Assembly (NCBI GenBank): GCA_041695225.1
Contig: JBGFRI010000003.1
Location: 86,325 to 150,324, forward strand
From: Deinococcota bacterium
GTDB lineage: Bacteria > Deinococcota > Deinococci > Deinococcales > Thermaceae
Length of the DNA stretch: 64,000 nucleotides
Direction: 5' to 3'
Shown piece by piece: positions 27,476 through 36,422 of the stretch (its first letter is position 1; each line of letters begins with the position of its first letter). The position numbers and the translations under genes are program-made. The notes under the pieces were generated by a model. It ran no database searches. It had not been told where the DNA came from and was given only the letters and a program-made list of their open reading frames with translations.

Positions 27476-28354
27476 TCAGGCCAGCTGTTCCAGTAGGCCC
27501 CGCCGTACCAGCCGGGCATCGCCCAGATAACGGCCCAGCAGCTGCTCGAGCCCCGCTACCGGGTGCAGGCTCTGGGGGGCCCGGGGGTCTCTGCCAGGAG
27601 TGGTGGCCGTGAGACAGAACAGGCTGACCGAGAGGTCTGCCAGGGTTGTGGGCAGTTCCGGACCAGCAGGAGTTTCTACTCGCAGCAATCCCGTACCAGG
27701 GGCAAAGATCGAAGGCAGGGGAAGCCGCACATACCAGGAGTGGGAGGCCTCAAGCAGGAAGATAGGTGTACGTTCCCCAGCTTGCAGCTTATTTAGCAAA
27801 GGCAGGGCCTCCGGGGGCAGATACCGGACGGCCTGGGCTTTGGTATATCCCAGCACTCCCGGCCGGTGGGCCCGGGTCAGCTGTCCATCGGCCACTACCA
27901 GGCCCTCCGGCAGGCGCTCGATCAGCGCGGCCTCCTGTCTGCGTAAAAGGGCGGTCAGAGCAGCAGGCATCTGCTCTGGAGACATCTCCGGCAGAGGTAC
28001 CGGGGTGTAGCCCGGCGCTGCTGGGGCGGTCAGGCTGTTGTGCAACAGCAACCGGTGAATCACAGGAGTCTCCCAGAGGCGCAAACCTTCTGCGTCACGC
28101 ACCAGGGCCCCCACCACCAGACTGGCCAGGAGGCCGGCCTCCCCGCCGGTTCCCCACACCCGGGCCTCTATCCGCAGCCGCCCATCCACGAAGTACAGCA
28201 GGGGCCAGTCCTCAGGGGCTACAGGCGGGGGCCGCCGGGCCTCCCAGGAACCTTCCAGGCCCAACACGGCAGGACAGGCCGCCTCGACAGACTCATCCAG
28301 TGCGGCCCGGCTGGGTAGCCGGTAGTCAGGATTCCAGGAATCAAGCTGCCACAT
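27476..28354 (-). CDS. NurA-like nuclease
   Basis: YFVDG, VVADGQL, GYTK and DPRAPQ.L.P...LE..L...LG as in Deinococcota NurA homologues. Confidence 0.75.
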   Translation of the reverse strand: MWQLDSWNPDYRLPSRAALDESVEAACPAVLGLEGSWEARRPPPVAPEDWPLLYFVDGRLRIEARVWGTGGEAGLLASLVVGALVRDAEGLRLWETPVIHRLLLHNSLTAPAAPGYTPVPLPEMSPEQMPAALTALLRRQEAALIERLPEGLVVADGQLTRAHRPGVLGYTKAQAVRYLPPEALPLLNKLQAGERTPIFLLEASHSWYVRLPLPSIFAPGTGLLRVETPAGPELPTTLADLSVSLFCLTATTPGRDPRAPQSLHPVAGLEQLLGRYLGDARLVRRGLLEQLA

Positions 28355-28585
28355 ATCTTACCTGTGCTTTTTGCCGTGCTTCTTGCGTCCCAGGTACCGG
28401 GCCGTCTGGCCTTCCTCTACCAGCAGCTCCTGAATCAAGTAATGCCCTTTGGTACCGATCGGAATACGCCGGGTTAACTGCATCCACTGACCCTTTTTCC
28501 CTGCACACTGCCAGCTCATAGCTAACTGTATTATATATCAGACAGTGATAGGAGTACAGAGGCAAGCATAACTCCATGCTCAACT

Positions 28586-31500
28586 TCAGGATAAAGGCGG
28601 CAGTCCCTTTACAATCGCCTCAGTTCGCAAACTTACGGTCACTAAGCGCCGGATAAGATCCACAATGTAGCGAGGGTTGCCTGCCTCACGGCACCACTCG
28701 TTGGGGTCACTCACAATTCCGCTGTCTTTGTCTTCTGAGATCGAGTACCGCTCCATTGCCCATTCGATGGCGCTCTTACCATTCACAACGTACTGGTATG
28801 CCGCAAGCGGAATGTCGCGTAGCGTGAGATTCTGGTTGTAGACGATAACGGTCTTGTCCACTTTACCGTCTGCACCTTTCCCAAAGGCGATCTTTCTGAC
28901 ACGGTAGAACTGCCAGGGCTCAAGCTCAAGGATCCTTGCCTCCTCAGTAAGTGGATAAGGCTCTACCGTTTCGTAATTGAGGTGCAGGTGTCCTAAATCC
29001 TTTCCAGCCCGACTGAAAGCCCAGAAGTCCGTAGCGAAAGGTACACGGGGCAGCATCTTCTTGAGGTTTGCTGCAAAGCGACTGCGGTAGTCCGGCGAGT
29101 GCAGGATGCCATATACATACCAGAAGATGTCCTCTTTGGTAATGGTGCCATCGGCATAATGCTTGCGGAACTCCTCGAGCGCCCAGTCAGTTATAGCCTC
29201 ACGCCGAATATAGCCGTTAGTATCCGGCGGGGCGCTGTCAGCAAGTATTTCTTGTTGGGGAGATGAGGTGTTGTCAATTTTGTCATACCAGTAAAGGGGA
29301 AAGCACTGGCCAGTATCGTGAAGGTGGAGATTAGGTACACAATCGCTCACCAGCGCTGAAAACGGCCTCGCTGCTCCGACGCCGGTGACAGAAATTACGA
29401 TGTTGTGATGCCTGGGCGTTGGGAAGAGCTTGGGTTGTTTTAGAATCCTCTCAATGAAACTTCTGTTGAAGTACAACCATTGCTTGACAAAAGGCCGGTA
29501 CATCCCAGTTACAATGGAAGTCTCTTCAAACTTATACTTTTTACTGCGCTTAAGGTCTTCCTTAAGGTTAACCGTCCAGCTAATGCGTTTTGGGTCTGAA
29601 TCTATTACTTCCTCAACACTTGGCCACTGCTCCCTGGGTTTAGACTCGCAGGCCCTGGCGTAGCGCTCCTGTTCTTCGTTGTAGACGCCGATCATGCGAC
29701 GCATATTAGCTTCCAGCGCCTGACGACCCATGTTGTAAGCCCAGGCGTCTCGACCCGTTGATACACCAAGCGAGTAAACCCCGAAGATCGTCTTTGCTTC
29801 CTCATCTTCCTTATTGCCCAGGGGAATAAAGGTTTCAAACTCAGGATCGCGCTGGTTGATCCAGTCTGCTTCTGCATTTGGTTGCAGGCGCTGCCAGGGG
29901 ATAGCATCAATACTGGCAAACCGTCCGATCAGGGTAAGCTTCTCTTCCTGCGTCAGGTAGTCACCGATGTCATGGTAGTAAAGCTCCCCAGGGCCCTGGT
30001 GCCTGGGATCCTTGACCATGATTGTGATGACTACGGGTGTGCGGGAGCCTGAGCCAAATATTTTACTGCCCTCTCGCTTTGATTCCTCGCCAGATGTGCG
30101 TTGATTACCCCTCAGATTGAACACATAAAGCTGGCTGTGCTCTTCCACCAGACACTTACGCAGCCCGTCCATGTTTCTGGCGTCCAGAAAGGATCCATTG
30201 GTGACAAATGCCACGACGCCGCGTTCGCCTATGCGATCCGATGCCCAGCGGATGGCGCGGATGTAGGAATCGTATAGATTCTTGAGCAGTTTTGCGTTTG
30301 ATTGCGCTGCATAGGTCTCGCGGATGCGAGTGTCCAGCTCGGGATAGGAGAGATTCCGGTTATTGTCGTTCTGACTTTCCTGTTGCGCCGAATAAGGCGG
30401 ATTCCCCACGATCACCCGGATGGGCTGCGCCAGCTGTCGCTCAACTCGAGCGTTGTTCTCTGGAAGAATGATACGGTCAATGAGATCGCCTTTCTCGGTC
30501 ATCTGGAAGGTATCGGTGAGCACCATCCCTTCAAACGGGAGGTACTCACCGGTTGCTCCGTGGTAGGCCGTCTCGATGTTGACTGTGGCGATATAGTAGG
30601 CCAGGAGCACAATCTCGTTGGCATGTATCTCCGTCAGGTATTTCTCAGGGAGCTTATCCCTGGGAATGAGCCCCAGCTGTAGGAGCCGCACAAAGAATGT
30701 GCCGGTGCCTGCAAATGGATCAAGGATCTGTACGCCGGGCGAACCGAGACTTTCGCCAAAGTGCTTTCTGAGGGCTGCGTCAGCGCTTTTCAGGATATAG
30801 TCAACTACCTCGATGGGAGTGTAAACGATTCCCAACCGCTCTGACATCTTTGGGAATGCGGTATTGAAAAAGGTGTCGTAGAGATTGCGGATGATCTCCT
30901 GCTTTGACTTATCGCTCCTGGCCAGGCTGATCCGCTCGCGCACGTTCTGATAGAACTTCTCCAGGCCCTCAGTCTCAGACGCCACGGCAGCGGCATCGAG
31001 CTTTTCCACCATACGCTGCAACGCCTTGCCGACGGCGTTGTTTTCCGGGAAGTTGGTCTCAGCAAACAGGGCCTGGAAGACTGGCAGCGTCAGGATATGC
31101 TGCACCAGCATCTCAATGGCCTCTTCCCGCGTAACAGCCGGGTTGAGGGTCTCCTGAAGGCCCTTGAGGAACCTGGCAAGCTCTTCTGCCACCACTGGAC
31201 TGGCCTGGATGAGCGTCGTGATCCGTGCAGTGAGAGTGTTAGCCACCCTGGCGATGTCTTTAGCCCAGTCTGCCCAGTATTCGCGGTCTCCCAGCTTCTT
31301 GGGAATTGCGGCATAGACCGCTTCGTTAATGGCTTCAATCGGCAAAAACGGAATTTCAAGCGGCAGCTCGCCTTGTTCTGACGTTTCCCAGCCTTCTTTT
31401 TTTCTACCGGGATCAGAGATAACCGTTATCCTCCGTCGAAACTCCGCCTCGTCCACCAGGCGTTCGTCGTGTGCCCGAAGCGCTTTGATAACCTGCCAGA

Positions 31501-33394
31501 TGCCTTTGAACTGCGGGTCATTCTCAATATAGTCGTTATAGTTCGTGACCTTTTCTGACGGGATACATACCGGTAGCACGATATACCCGTACTGCTTCCC
31601 AGGTGCCATACGCATTACACGCCCCACCGACTGAACAATGTCAACAATGGAGTCGCGGGTATCGAAAAACACCACCGCATCAAGCGCGGGAACATCAATG
31701 CCCTCAGAAAGGCAGCGGGCATTGGAAAGAATCCGGCACTCTCCATCCTCCGGTCCCCCTTTGAGCCAGCCGAGCGCTTCCTGGCGCTGGAGGGCATTCA
31801 TGGTTCCGTCAACGTGCTGTAGACGCACACTGACCATATCCGATTGATCTGCACTGTCCAGATGTCCTTCCTGGTAGCGTTCCACCAGGCTGGTGAAGAT
31901 CTCTGTAACCAGCTGAGAATCCTTGATGGAGCGTGAGAATGCTATCGCACGGCGCATGGGCTGGAGGTCGTCTTTCGCCTCCTCCTCCCCATCCTCACCA
32001 ATCAGCACCAGGCCACGTTTGGAGAGTCCTTTCCAACTACCGATGATTTTGGTGGCGAACGCAACATTAATTGCCTTCTTGTTGTTTACTTTGAATGCCT
32101 TGTTGAAATTATTTGCCAGGGCCGCCATCTCTGCCTCTCGCACTGCGACGATGAGTACCTTGTACTCAGCAAGAAGACCGAGCGATGCGGCCTTGTCAAA
32201 ACCAAGCCGGTAGAATTCGCTGCCGTAAGTCTCCTCATCGTCCATTGAGTACAGCACTGCTTCGTGGCGGCTGGCCTTGGTCTTGGAGGCTTCCCCGAAG
32301 ATCCGGGGGGTGGCAGTCATATAAACTCGTTTTCTGCCCCGCACAATGATGTTATCGTGTACCTTAACGAATTCCGAGGGATCCTCTCCAGGTAGGGTAA
32401 GTCCAGTAGTGCGGTGTCCTTCGTCGCAGATGATGAGATCAAACTCTGGTAGACCCATGTTCTGGGCATCGGCTATGACTTGAATGGACTGATAGGTGGA
32501 AAACACCACCGTGCGGCGGTCTGGGGATACCATCGCCATGTGGCTAGCAAGTCTGTCTGGATCAGTCGTTGCCGGGTAAGCAAGGTCTCGAGTACTGATG
32601 TCTTCCTCATCGCGCCCAACTTTGCTATCCGAACAGACGGCAAAAGCATGAACCGGCTCTTCGGCTTCACCAGTCCACTCCCGTAAGGTTTGCGCTACCA
32701 GGGAGATCGAGGGAGCGAGGAAGAGAATCCGTCCACCCTGGGGAACTATACGCTCGGCAAGACGCAAAGAGGTAAGCGTTTTGCCGGTTCCACAGGCCAT
32801 GATAAGCTTTCCGCGCTCCGCGTTGCCAAGTCCAGTGAGAACTGCTTTAACCGCTTCTTCCTGGTGGGGGCGTAAAACTTTCCTTTTCCTCAGTTGGAGG
32901 GTCTCGAGGTTTTCGAGACTGAACACACCCCAGTCAATTGGGCTCTCGGCAAGATCCTTAACCCAAAGCCGCATAACTGGAATCGTCTGGTCTACAAGTG
33001 CTTCCTCTGCGTGCTTACTCCACCTATCGGTCGTGGAGACGATAAGGCGATAACTGAACCCGCGCTCGCCTTCCTCGGTTTGGAAGTGTTTGCCCGATGT
33101 AGTAAAAAACGAGTCAATATCTGCCTTTTGAACGGTATGGGTAGAGTCGAAAAACTTGCACTGTACTGCCCAGTAATCGCCGGTAGCACGTTCGCGGGCA
33201 ATAAGGTCAATACCTGTATCGTGTGGCGTCCAGCGCCCCGGCCACTCGGGCCACAGCCAAACGTTCGAGAGACGAGTAGCGTACTGGGGATCTGTGAGTA
33301 GAAACTTCTGGATCAATCGCTCAAAGAGCGTACCCTTGTCGCGGTTAGTACGAGCGTAGGAGGAGAACTGAGTCAGGAGATCTTCAAAAGTCAC
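28586..33394 (-). CDS. Type ISP restriction-modification enzyme (Mrr-like nuclease, SF2 helicase, N6-adenine MTase, TRD)
   Basis: GIDL...AVQCK nuclease; MACGTGKT, DEGH, TAT and QSVGRVMR helicase motifs; LDPFAGTG and GNPPY MTase motifs; LlaBIII/LlaGI-like C-terminus. Confidence 0.93.
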   Translation of the reverse strand: MTFEDLLTQFSSYARTNRDKGTLFERLIQKFLLTDPQYATRLSNVWLWPEWPGRWTPHDTGIDLIARERATGDYWAVQCKFFDSTHTVQKADIDSFFTTSGKHFQTEEGERGFSYRLIVSTTDRWSKHAEEALVDQTIPVMRLWVKDLAESPIDWGVFSLENLETLQLRKRKVLRPHQEEAVKAVLTGLGNAERGKLIMACGTGKTLTSLRLAERIVPQGGRILFLAPSISLVAQTLREWTGEAEEPVHAFAVCSDSKVGRDEEDISTRDLAYPATTDPDRLASHMAMVSPDRRTVVFSTYQSIQVIADAQNMGLPEFDLIICDEGHRTTGLTLPGEDPSEFVKVHDNIIVRGRKRVYMTATPRIFGEASKTKASRHEAVLYSMDDEETYGSEFYRLGFDKAASLGLLAEYKVLIVAVREAEMAALANNFNKAFKVNNKKAINVAFATKIIGSWKGLSKRGLVLIGEDGEEEAKDDLQPMRRAIAFSRSIKDSQLVTEIFTSLVERYQEGHLDSADQSDMVSVRLQHVDGTMNALQRQEALGWLKGGPEDGECRILSNARCLSEGIDVPALDAVVFFDTRDSIVDIVQSVGRVMRMAPGKQYGYIVLPVCIPSEKVTNYNDYIENDPQFKGIWQVIKALRAHDERLVDEAEFRRRITVISDPGRKKEGWETSEQGELPLEIPFLPIEAINEAVYAAIPKKLGDREYWADWAKDIARVANTLTARITTLIQASPVVAEELARFLKGLQETLNPAVTREEAIEMLVQHILTLPVFQALFAETNFPENNAVGKALQRMVEKLDAAAVASETEGLEKFYQNVRERISLARSDKSKQEIIRNLYDTFFNTAFPKMSERLGIVYTPIEVVDYILKSADAALRKHFGESLGSPGVQILDPFAGTGTFFVRLLQLGLIPRDKLPEKYLTEIHANEIVLLAYYIATVNIETAYHGATGEYLPFEGMVLTDTFQMTEKGDLIDRIILPENNARVERQLAQPIRVIVGNPPYSAQQESQNDNNRNLSYPELDTRIRETYAAQSNAKLLKNLYDSYIRAIRWASDRIGERGVVAFVTNGSFLDARNMDGLRKCLVEEHSQLYVFNLRGNQRTSGEESKREGSKIFGSGSRTPVVITIMVKDPRHQGPGELYYHDIGDYLTQEEKLTLIGRFASIDAIPWQRLQPNAEADWINQRDPEFETFIPLGNKEDEEAKTIFGVYSLGVSTGRDAWAYNMGRQALEANMRRMIGVYNEEQERYARACESKPREQWPSVEEVIDSDPKRISWTVNLKEDLKRSKKYKFEETSIVTGMYRPFVKQWLYFNRSFIERILKQPKLFPTPRHHNIVISVTGVGAARPFSALVSDCVPNLHLHDTGQCFPLYWYDKIDNTSSPQQEILADSAPPDTNGYIRREAITDWALEEFRKHYADGTITKEDIFWYVYGILHSPDYRSRFAANLKKMLPRVPFATDFWAFSRAGKDLGHLHLNYETVEPYPLTEEARILELEPWQFYRVRKIAFGKGADGKVDKTVIVYNQNLTLRDIPLAAYQYVVNGKSAIEWAMERYSISEDKDSGIVSDPNEWCREAGNPRYIVDLIRRLVTVSLRTEAIVKGLPPLS

Positions 33395-33501
33395 GGTTAC
33401 GCCTCCTTACCAGACCGGGTTAAGACTCCTCAGCTTGGTGAGTATTGCAGCAGGCAATGGTTTAATTAATGTCCTGTTTACCATAGTTTTCCTTAATCGT
33501 G

Positions 33502-34668
33502 CTAAACCTCCACCGGACTATTTTCTCGCAAGCGGTGAGCCCGCTCAAGCGCTTCCAGAGCCCCCCGATCCCCCAGAGCATAGCGGGCGGCTTGCTGGAG
33601 TACATAGTAGTCCAGGAGCATCCCTTCAATGAACAAGCTTGGCAGGCTGCCATCGCGGGCCTCCTGAATTAGCCTGCGGTACTTCTCAAAGTCATACTGA
33701 GCAACGCTCTTACCCTCAAAGCCCAGCAGGATAGGCTCCGGTTGCTGTCCCTGCAACAAAGTATCAACTGCGCTGGAAAGATCGTTGTAAACCGCAAACT
33801 TACCCTTGCCCCGCACCTCCAGCGCCATACTGAAAACCGGCCGGCCCAGACGGCGCCTGTTGGGTACATCGGGCCGACCAATCAGAGGCCATAAGACCGG
33901 GTTCTCCAGTACATCCCGCAGGGTGCGTCCATGTACGGTCACAATGCCTTTGATGCCACGCTTACCAATAGTCTCTACAATAGCCACATCCTCGGGGTAG
34001 CCCACCTCATCACCAATAATGACCTGGGGACCGTGGTTAGCCAAAGCCTCCAGGTAGGTGCGGGCCAGCATGGCCTGGAAGGTTTCCCCGATAGCATAGT
34101 CCGGTGTGGGTACTTGCAGGCGGCGGGCATTGCCCAGGGTAGGGTGGGGAATCAGACCCTCGCCCCCAATCTCATTGGAGGTATCCACCACCACCACCTT
34201 AGGACCAATCTGCAGGGCATACTGACGTACCACATCTCGCAGCAAGGTAGTTTTCCCTACTCCCGGCGGACCGATAATCAGCACCCCATCCCCCTGCAAC
34301 AGGTAGGGCATCACCGGATCAGCCACCCCCTCCACCACCCGGGCCAGCCGGATGGTCAGTCCAGCCAGGCTCTTGTAACGGTCTTTGATCGCGCTGATGC
34401 GGTGCAGGGTACCACCTATACCCACCCGGCCATCCTCGCGGAAACTAACCTGGTAGCGGCTAGATAGCTTGGCCTGGATATTGGCCAGATCAGCCTCACT
34501 GAAAAGCTGGCTGCCCACCTGCGCCGGCGGTACACCACACCAGTAGCCGGGGATGCGCCCGATGTCCAGGGCGATCTCCTCCAGATTACTCTTGAGCGCC
34601 CGGCTTTCTGCCGCTATCCAGTCTGGCAAAACCTCCAGGATGCGCTCCAGCTGGTCAATGGGCACCAT
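33502..34668 (-). CDS. AAA+ ATPase, SpoIIIAA/Ycf45-like
   Basis: TLHRISAI, GPPGVGKTTLLRD, VDTSNEIGG and IGDEVG. Confidence 0.85.
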   Translation of the reverse strand: MVPIDQLERILEVLPDWIAAESRALKSNLEEIALDIGRIPGYWCGVPPAQVGSQLFSEADLANIQAKLSSRYQVSFREDGRVGIGGTLHRISAIKDRYKSLAGLTIRLARVVEGVADPVMPYLLQGDGVLIIGPPGVGKTTLLRDVVRQYALQIGPKVVVVDTSNEIGGEGLIPHPTLGNARRLQVPTPDYAIGETFQAMLARTYLEALANHGPQVIIGDEVGYPEDVAIVETIGKRGIKGIVTVHGRTLRDVLENPVLWPLIGRPDVPNRRRLGRPVFSMALEVRGKGKFAVYNDLSSAVDTLLQGQQPEPILLGFEGKSVAQYDFEKYRRLIQEARDGSLPSLFIEGMLLDYYVLQQAARYALGDRGALEALERAHRLRENSPVEV

Positions 34669-34681
34669 GCTGGTACCTGTT

Positions 34682-34861
34682 CTAGTCCTCCAGCGCGGTA
34701 GCCTTGCGCAGCTTGATCAGCTCACTGGCAATGATAGCCAGCAGAATCGTAGAGATACCCTGTACCGGGCGCTCGGTCACGATCCAGATCAGACCCAGGC
34801 CCATACTCAGGTAGTAGGTAACCAGGAACAGCTTGCTTTGAATCTTACGCAGAATCTCCAT
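34682..34861 (-). CDS. Small membrane protein
   Basis: GGAGG RBS; ATG overlaps the TGA of the upstream MYAW peptide; two hydrophobic segments. Confidence 0.6.
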   Translation of the reverse strand: MEILRKIQSKLFLVTYYLSMGLGLIWIVTERPVQGISTILLAIIASELIKLRKATALED

Positions 34862-34938
34862 CAGTTGCCTCCGCAGAAAGATAGAGATTCTCTTGTGCAT
34901 TGCAAGGATTTAAGCAGTAGATAGTGCCAGGCGTACAT
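34861..34938 (-). pseudogene. 5' remnant (MYAWHYLL...) of the 62934-63380 membrane-protein gene
   Basis: Same TACAAT-N6-ATGTACGCCTGG start; stops after 25 codons. Confidence 0.6.
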
Positions 34939-35015
34939 GTCTGCATTGTAAGCGAGGCTGAGAAGGCTCGCGGACAAACATGAGAGGATGGGGGCAGAAG
35001 ACCAGGAAGGCGAAA

Positions 35016-35048
35016 TCTTACACCCATAAATTTGCTATGGGTGTAAGA
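35016..35048. promoter_or_regulatory. Palindromic site TCTTACACCCAT-N9-ATGGGTGTAAGA (copy 1)
   Basis: Perfect 12-bp arms, spacer AAATTTGCT. Confidence 0.85.
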
Positions 35049-35142
35049 AGCTCCGGCGGACTGAGCCCTACACCACTTTGTTGGCGAGCTAAGCTCGACA
35101 TCTGATGAGGAGCGGCATTTCTGCCAATGTCCAAATGAGGAA

Positions 35143-35160
35143 GCCCCACCGAAGTGGGGC
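35143..35160 (-). terminator. GCCCCAC-TTCG-GTGGGGC terminator stem
   Basis: Identical to 8659-8676. Confidence 0.75.
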
Positions 35161-35176
35161 TGGGTGCTGCCTGTGC

Positions 35177-35770
35177 CTAGCGGGTAAAGATAGCGGTAAT
35201 CACTACCGTGACCACAATACCCAGAAATCCGACAATCAGGCCGATAGTCTGTAGCCGCAGAGCAGCCTGGACATCATACAACCTGGTATCTACCCCCTTG
35301 ATCTCGGTTCGGAGGTTGTTCTCCACCGTCTTGATCTCGGTTCGCAGGTTGGTTTCCACCTGGCCGATCCTGGTATCCACCGCCTTGATCTCATTCCGCA
35401 GGTTGGTTTCCACCGTCTTGATCTCGGTTCGCAGGTTGGTCTCCACCTGGCCGATCCTGGTATCCAGTTTGCCATCCAGCTTGGTATCCAGTCTCCCGAT
35501 CTCGGTCCGGAGGTCGCTGAAGCCCTGCCGCATATCATCCCGCAGGTTGGTCTCCACCTGGCCGATCCTGGTATCCAGTTTGCTATCCAGCTTGGTATCC
35601 AGTCTCCCGATCTCGGTCCGGAGGTCGCTGAAGCCCTGCCGCATATCATCCCGCAGGTTGGTCTCCACCTTCCCCAGATCAGCCCGCAATCCTACCAGCT
35701 GCTGACCTACAAACTCGTCGGCCTGCTCCAGTCGGTCTGCTTGCTTCTCTAGTTCCACAATCCTCTCCAT
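35177..35770 (-). CDS. Coiled-coil tandem-repeat protein with C-terminal TM helix, copy 2
   Basis: Two near-identical 37-aa (111-bp) repeats plus VETNLRTEIK units; hydrophobic C-terminus; same leader as copy 1. Confidence 0.85.
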   Translation of the reverse strand: MERIVELEKQADRLEQADEFVGQQLVGLRADLGKVETNLRDDMRQGFSDLRTEIGRLDTKLDSKLDTRIGQVETNLRDDMRQGFSDLRTEIGRLDTKLDGKLDTRIGQVETNLRTEIKTVETNLRNEIKAVDTRIGQVETNLRTEIKTVENNLRTEIKGVDTRLYDVQAALRLQTIGLIVGFLGIVVTVVITAIFTR

Positions 35771-35851
35771 CGCGCCCTCCTTTCAGTCTCCTCCGGGTGT
35801 CCCCCGAAGGAGACACCCGGCCCTGAAAGGCCCGGCCAGGTCAGTATAGCA
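35771..35851 (-). promoter_or_regulatory. Extended -10 promoter plus two-hairpin leader (copy 2)
   Basis: Near-identical to 8228-8306. Confidence 0.75.
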
Positions 35852-35894
35852 CCCGATAGACACCCATCAGCTGCCCTTGTGAGAATGTGCGACT

Positions 35895-36422
35895 TCAGAA
35901 ACGGCAACGCAGTATGAGCTGCTCCCCCGCCATTAGGGCTGATGGGCGGCAGGGGGGCGCCTGCCGCCAGACCCGGTTGAAACGCTCTATCTCTACCTCA
36001 AGATCGGCCCGCTTAGTAGAAACCCAGGTAGGCCTGGGGCTGAAGGACTCCCCGGCTACCAGGGGACCGCTGAGTAACACCCGCGAGTCCAGCAACAACC
36101 GGGGCTCCAGTCGCACCACCTCTATCACCCGAACATGCAGCGGCCGCTCCGGGGCCAGGAAACTGAAAACAGCCCCATAACTGGCTGGCTCATTGATGTG
36201 CTCCGCCTCCAGTAGTAGCAGAACCTGGACGCCCCGCTGTACTGCCGCCTGGTGCAACGCAGTAGCAATGGGCGGGCTGAACAATCCCGGGGCTACCAGA
36301 ACGATCTGCCGCTGGGCCTGGCCAATAAGCCGCACCACTTCCTCAACGGTATTGACCGGCCGCACTTCCTGGGCCAGCACTGGCCCCAGCAGCCATAGCA
36401 GCAGCCAGCCCCAGCGTCTCAT
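35895..36422 (-). CDS. Secreted protein, degenerate PLD-like fold
   Basis: Signal peptide; LIGQAQRQI.L..P...IA.AL..AA..RGVQV.LL pattern; HKD motif absent. Confidence 0.6.
   Translation of the reverse strand: MRRWGWLLLWLLGPVLAQEVRPVNTVEEVVRLIGQAQRQIVLVAPGLFSPPIATALHQAAVQRGVQVLLLLEAEHINEPASYGAVFSFLAPERPLHVRVIEVVRLEPRLLLDSRVLLSGPLVAGESFSPRPTWVSTKRADLEVEIERFNRVWRQAPPCRPSALMAGEQLILRCRF

Noticed and set aside
35102..35160. CTGATGAG (also at 63542) suggesting a hammerhead ribozyme
   Set aside because: No correctly placed GAAA and no stem II/III geometry; the copy at 10989 does not keep the motif.
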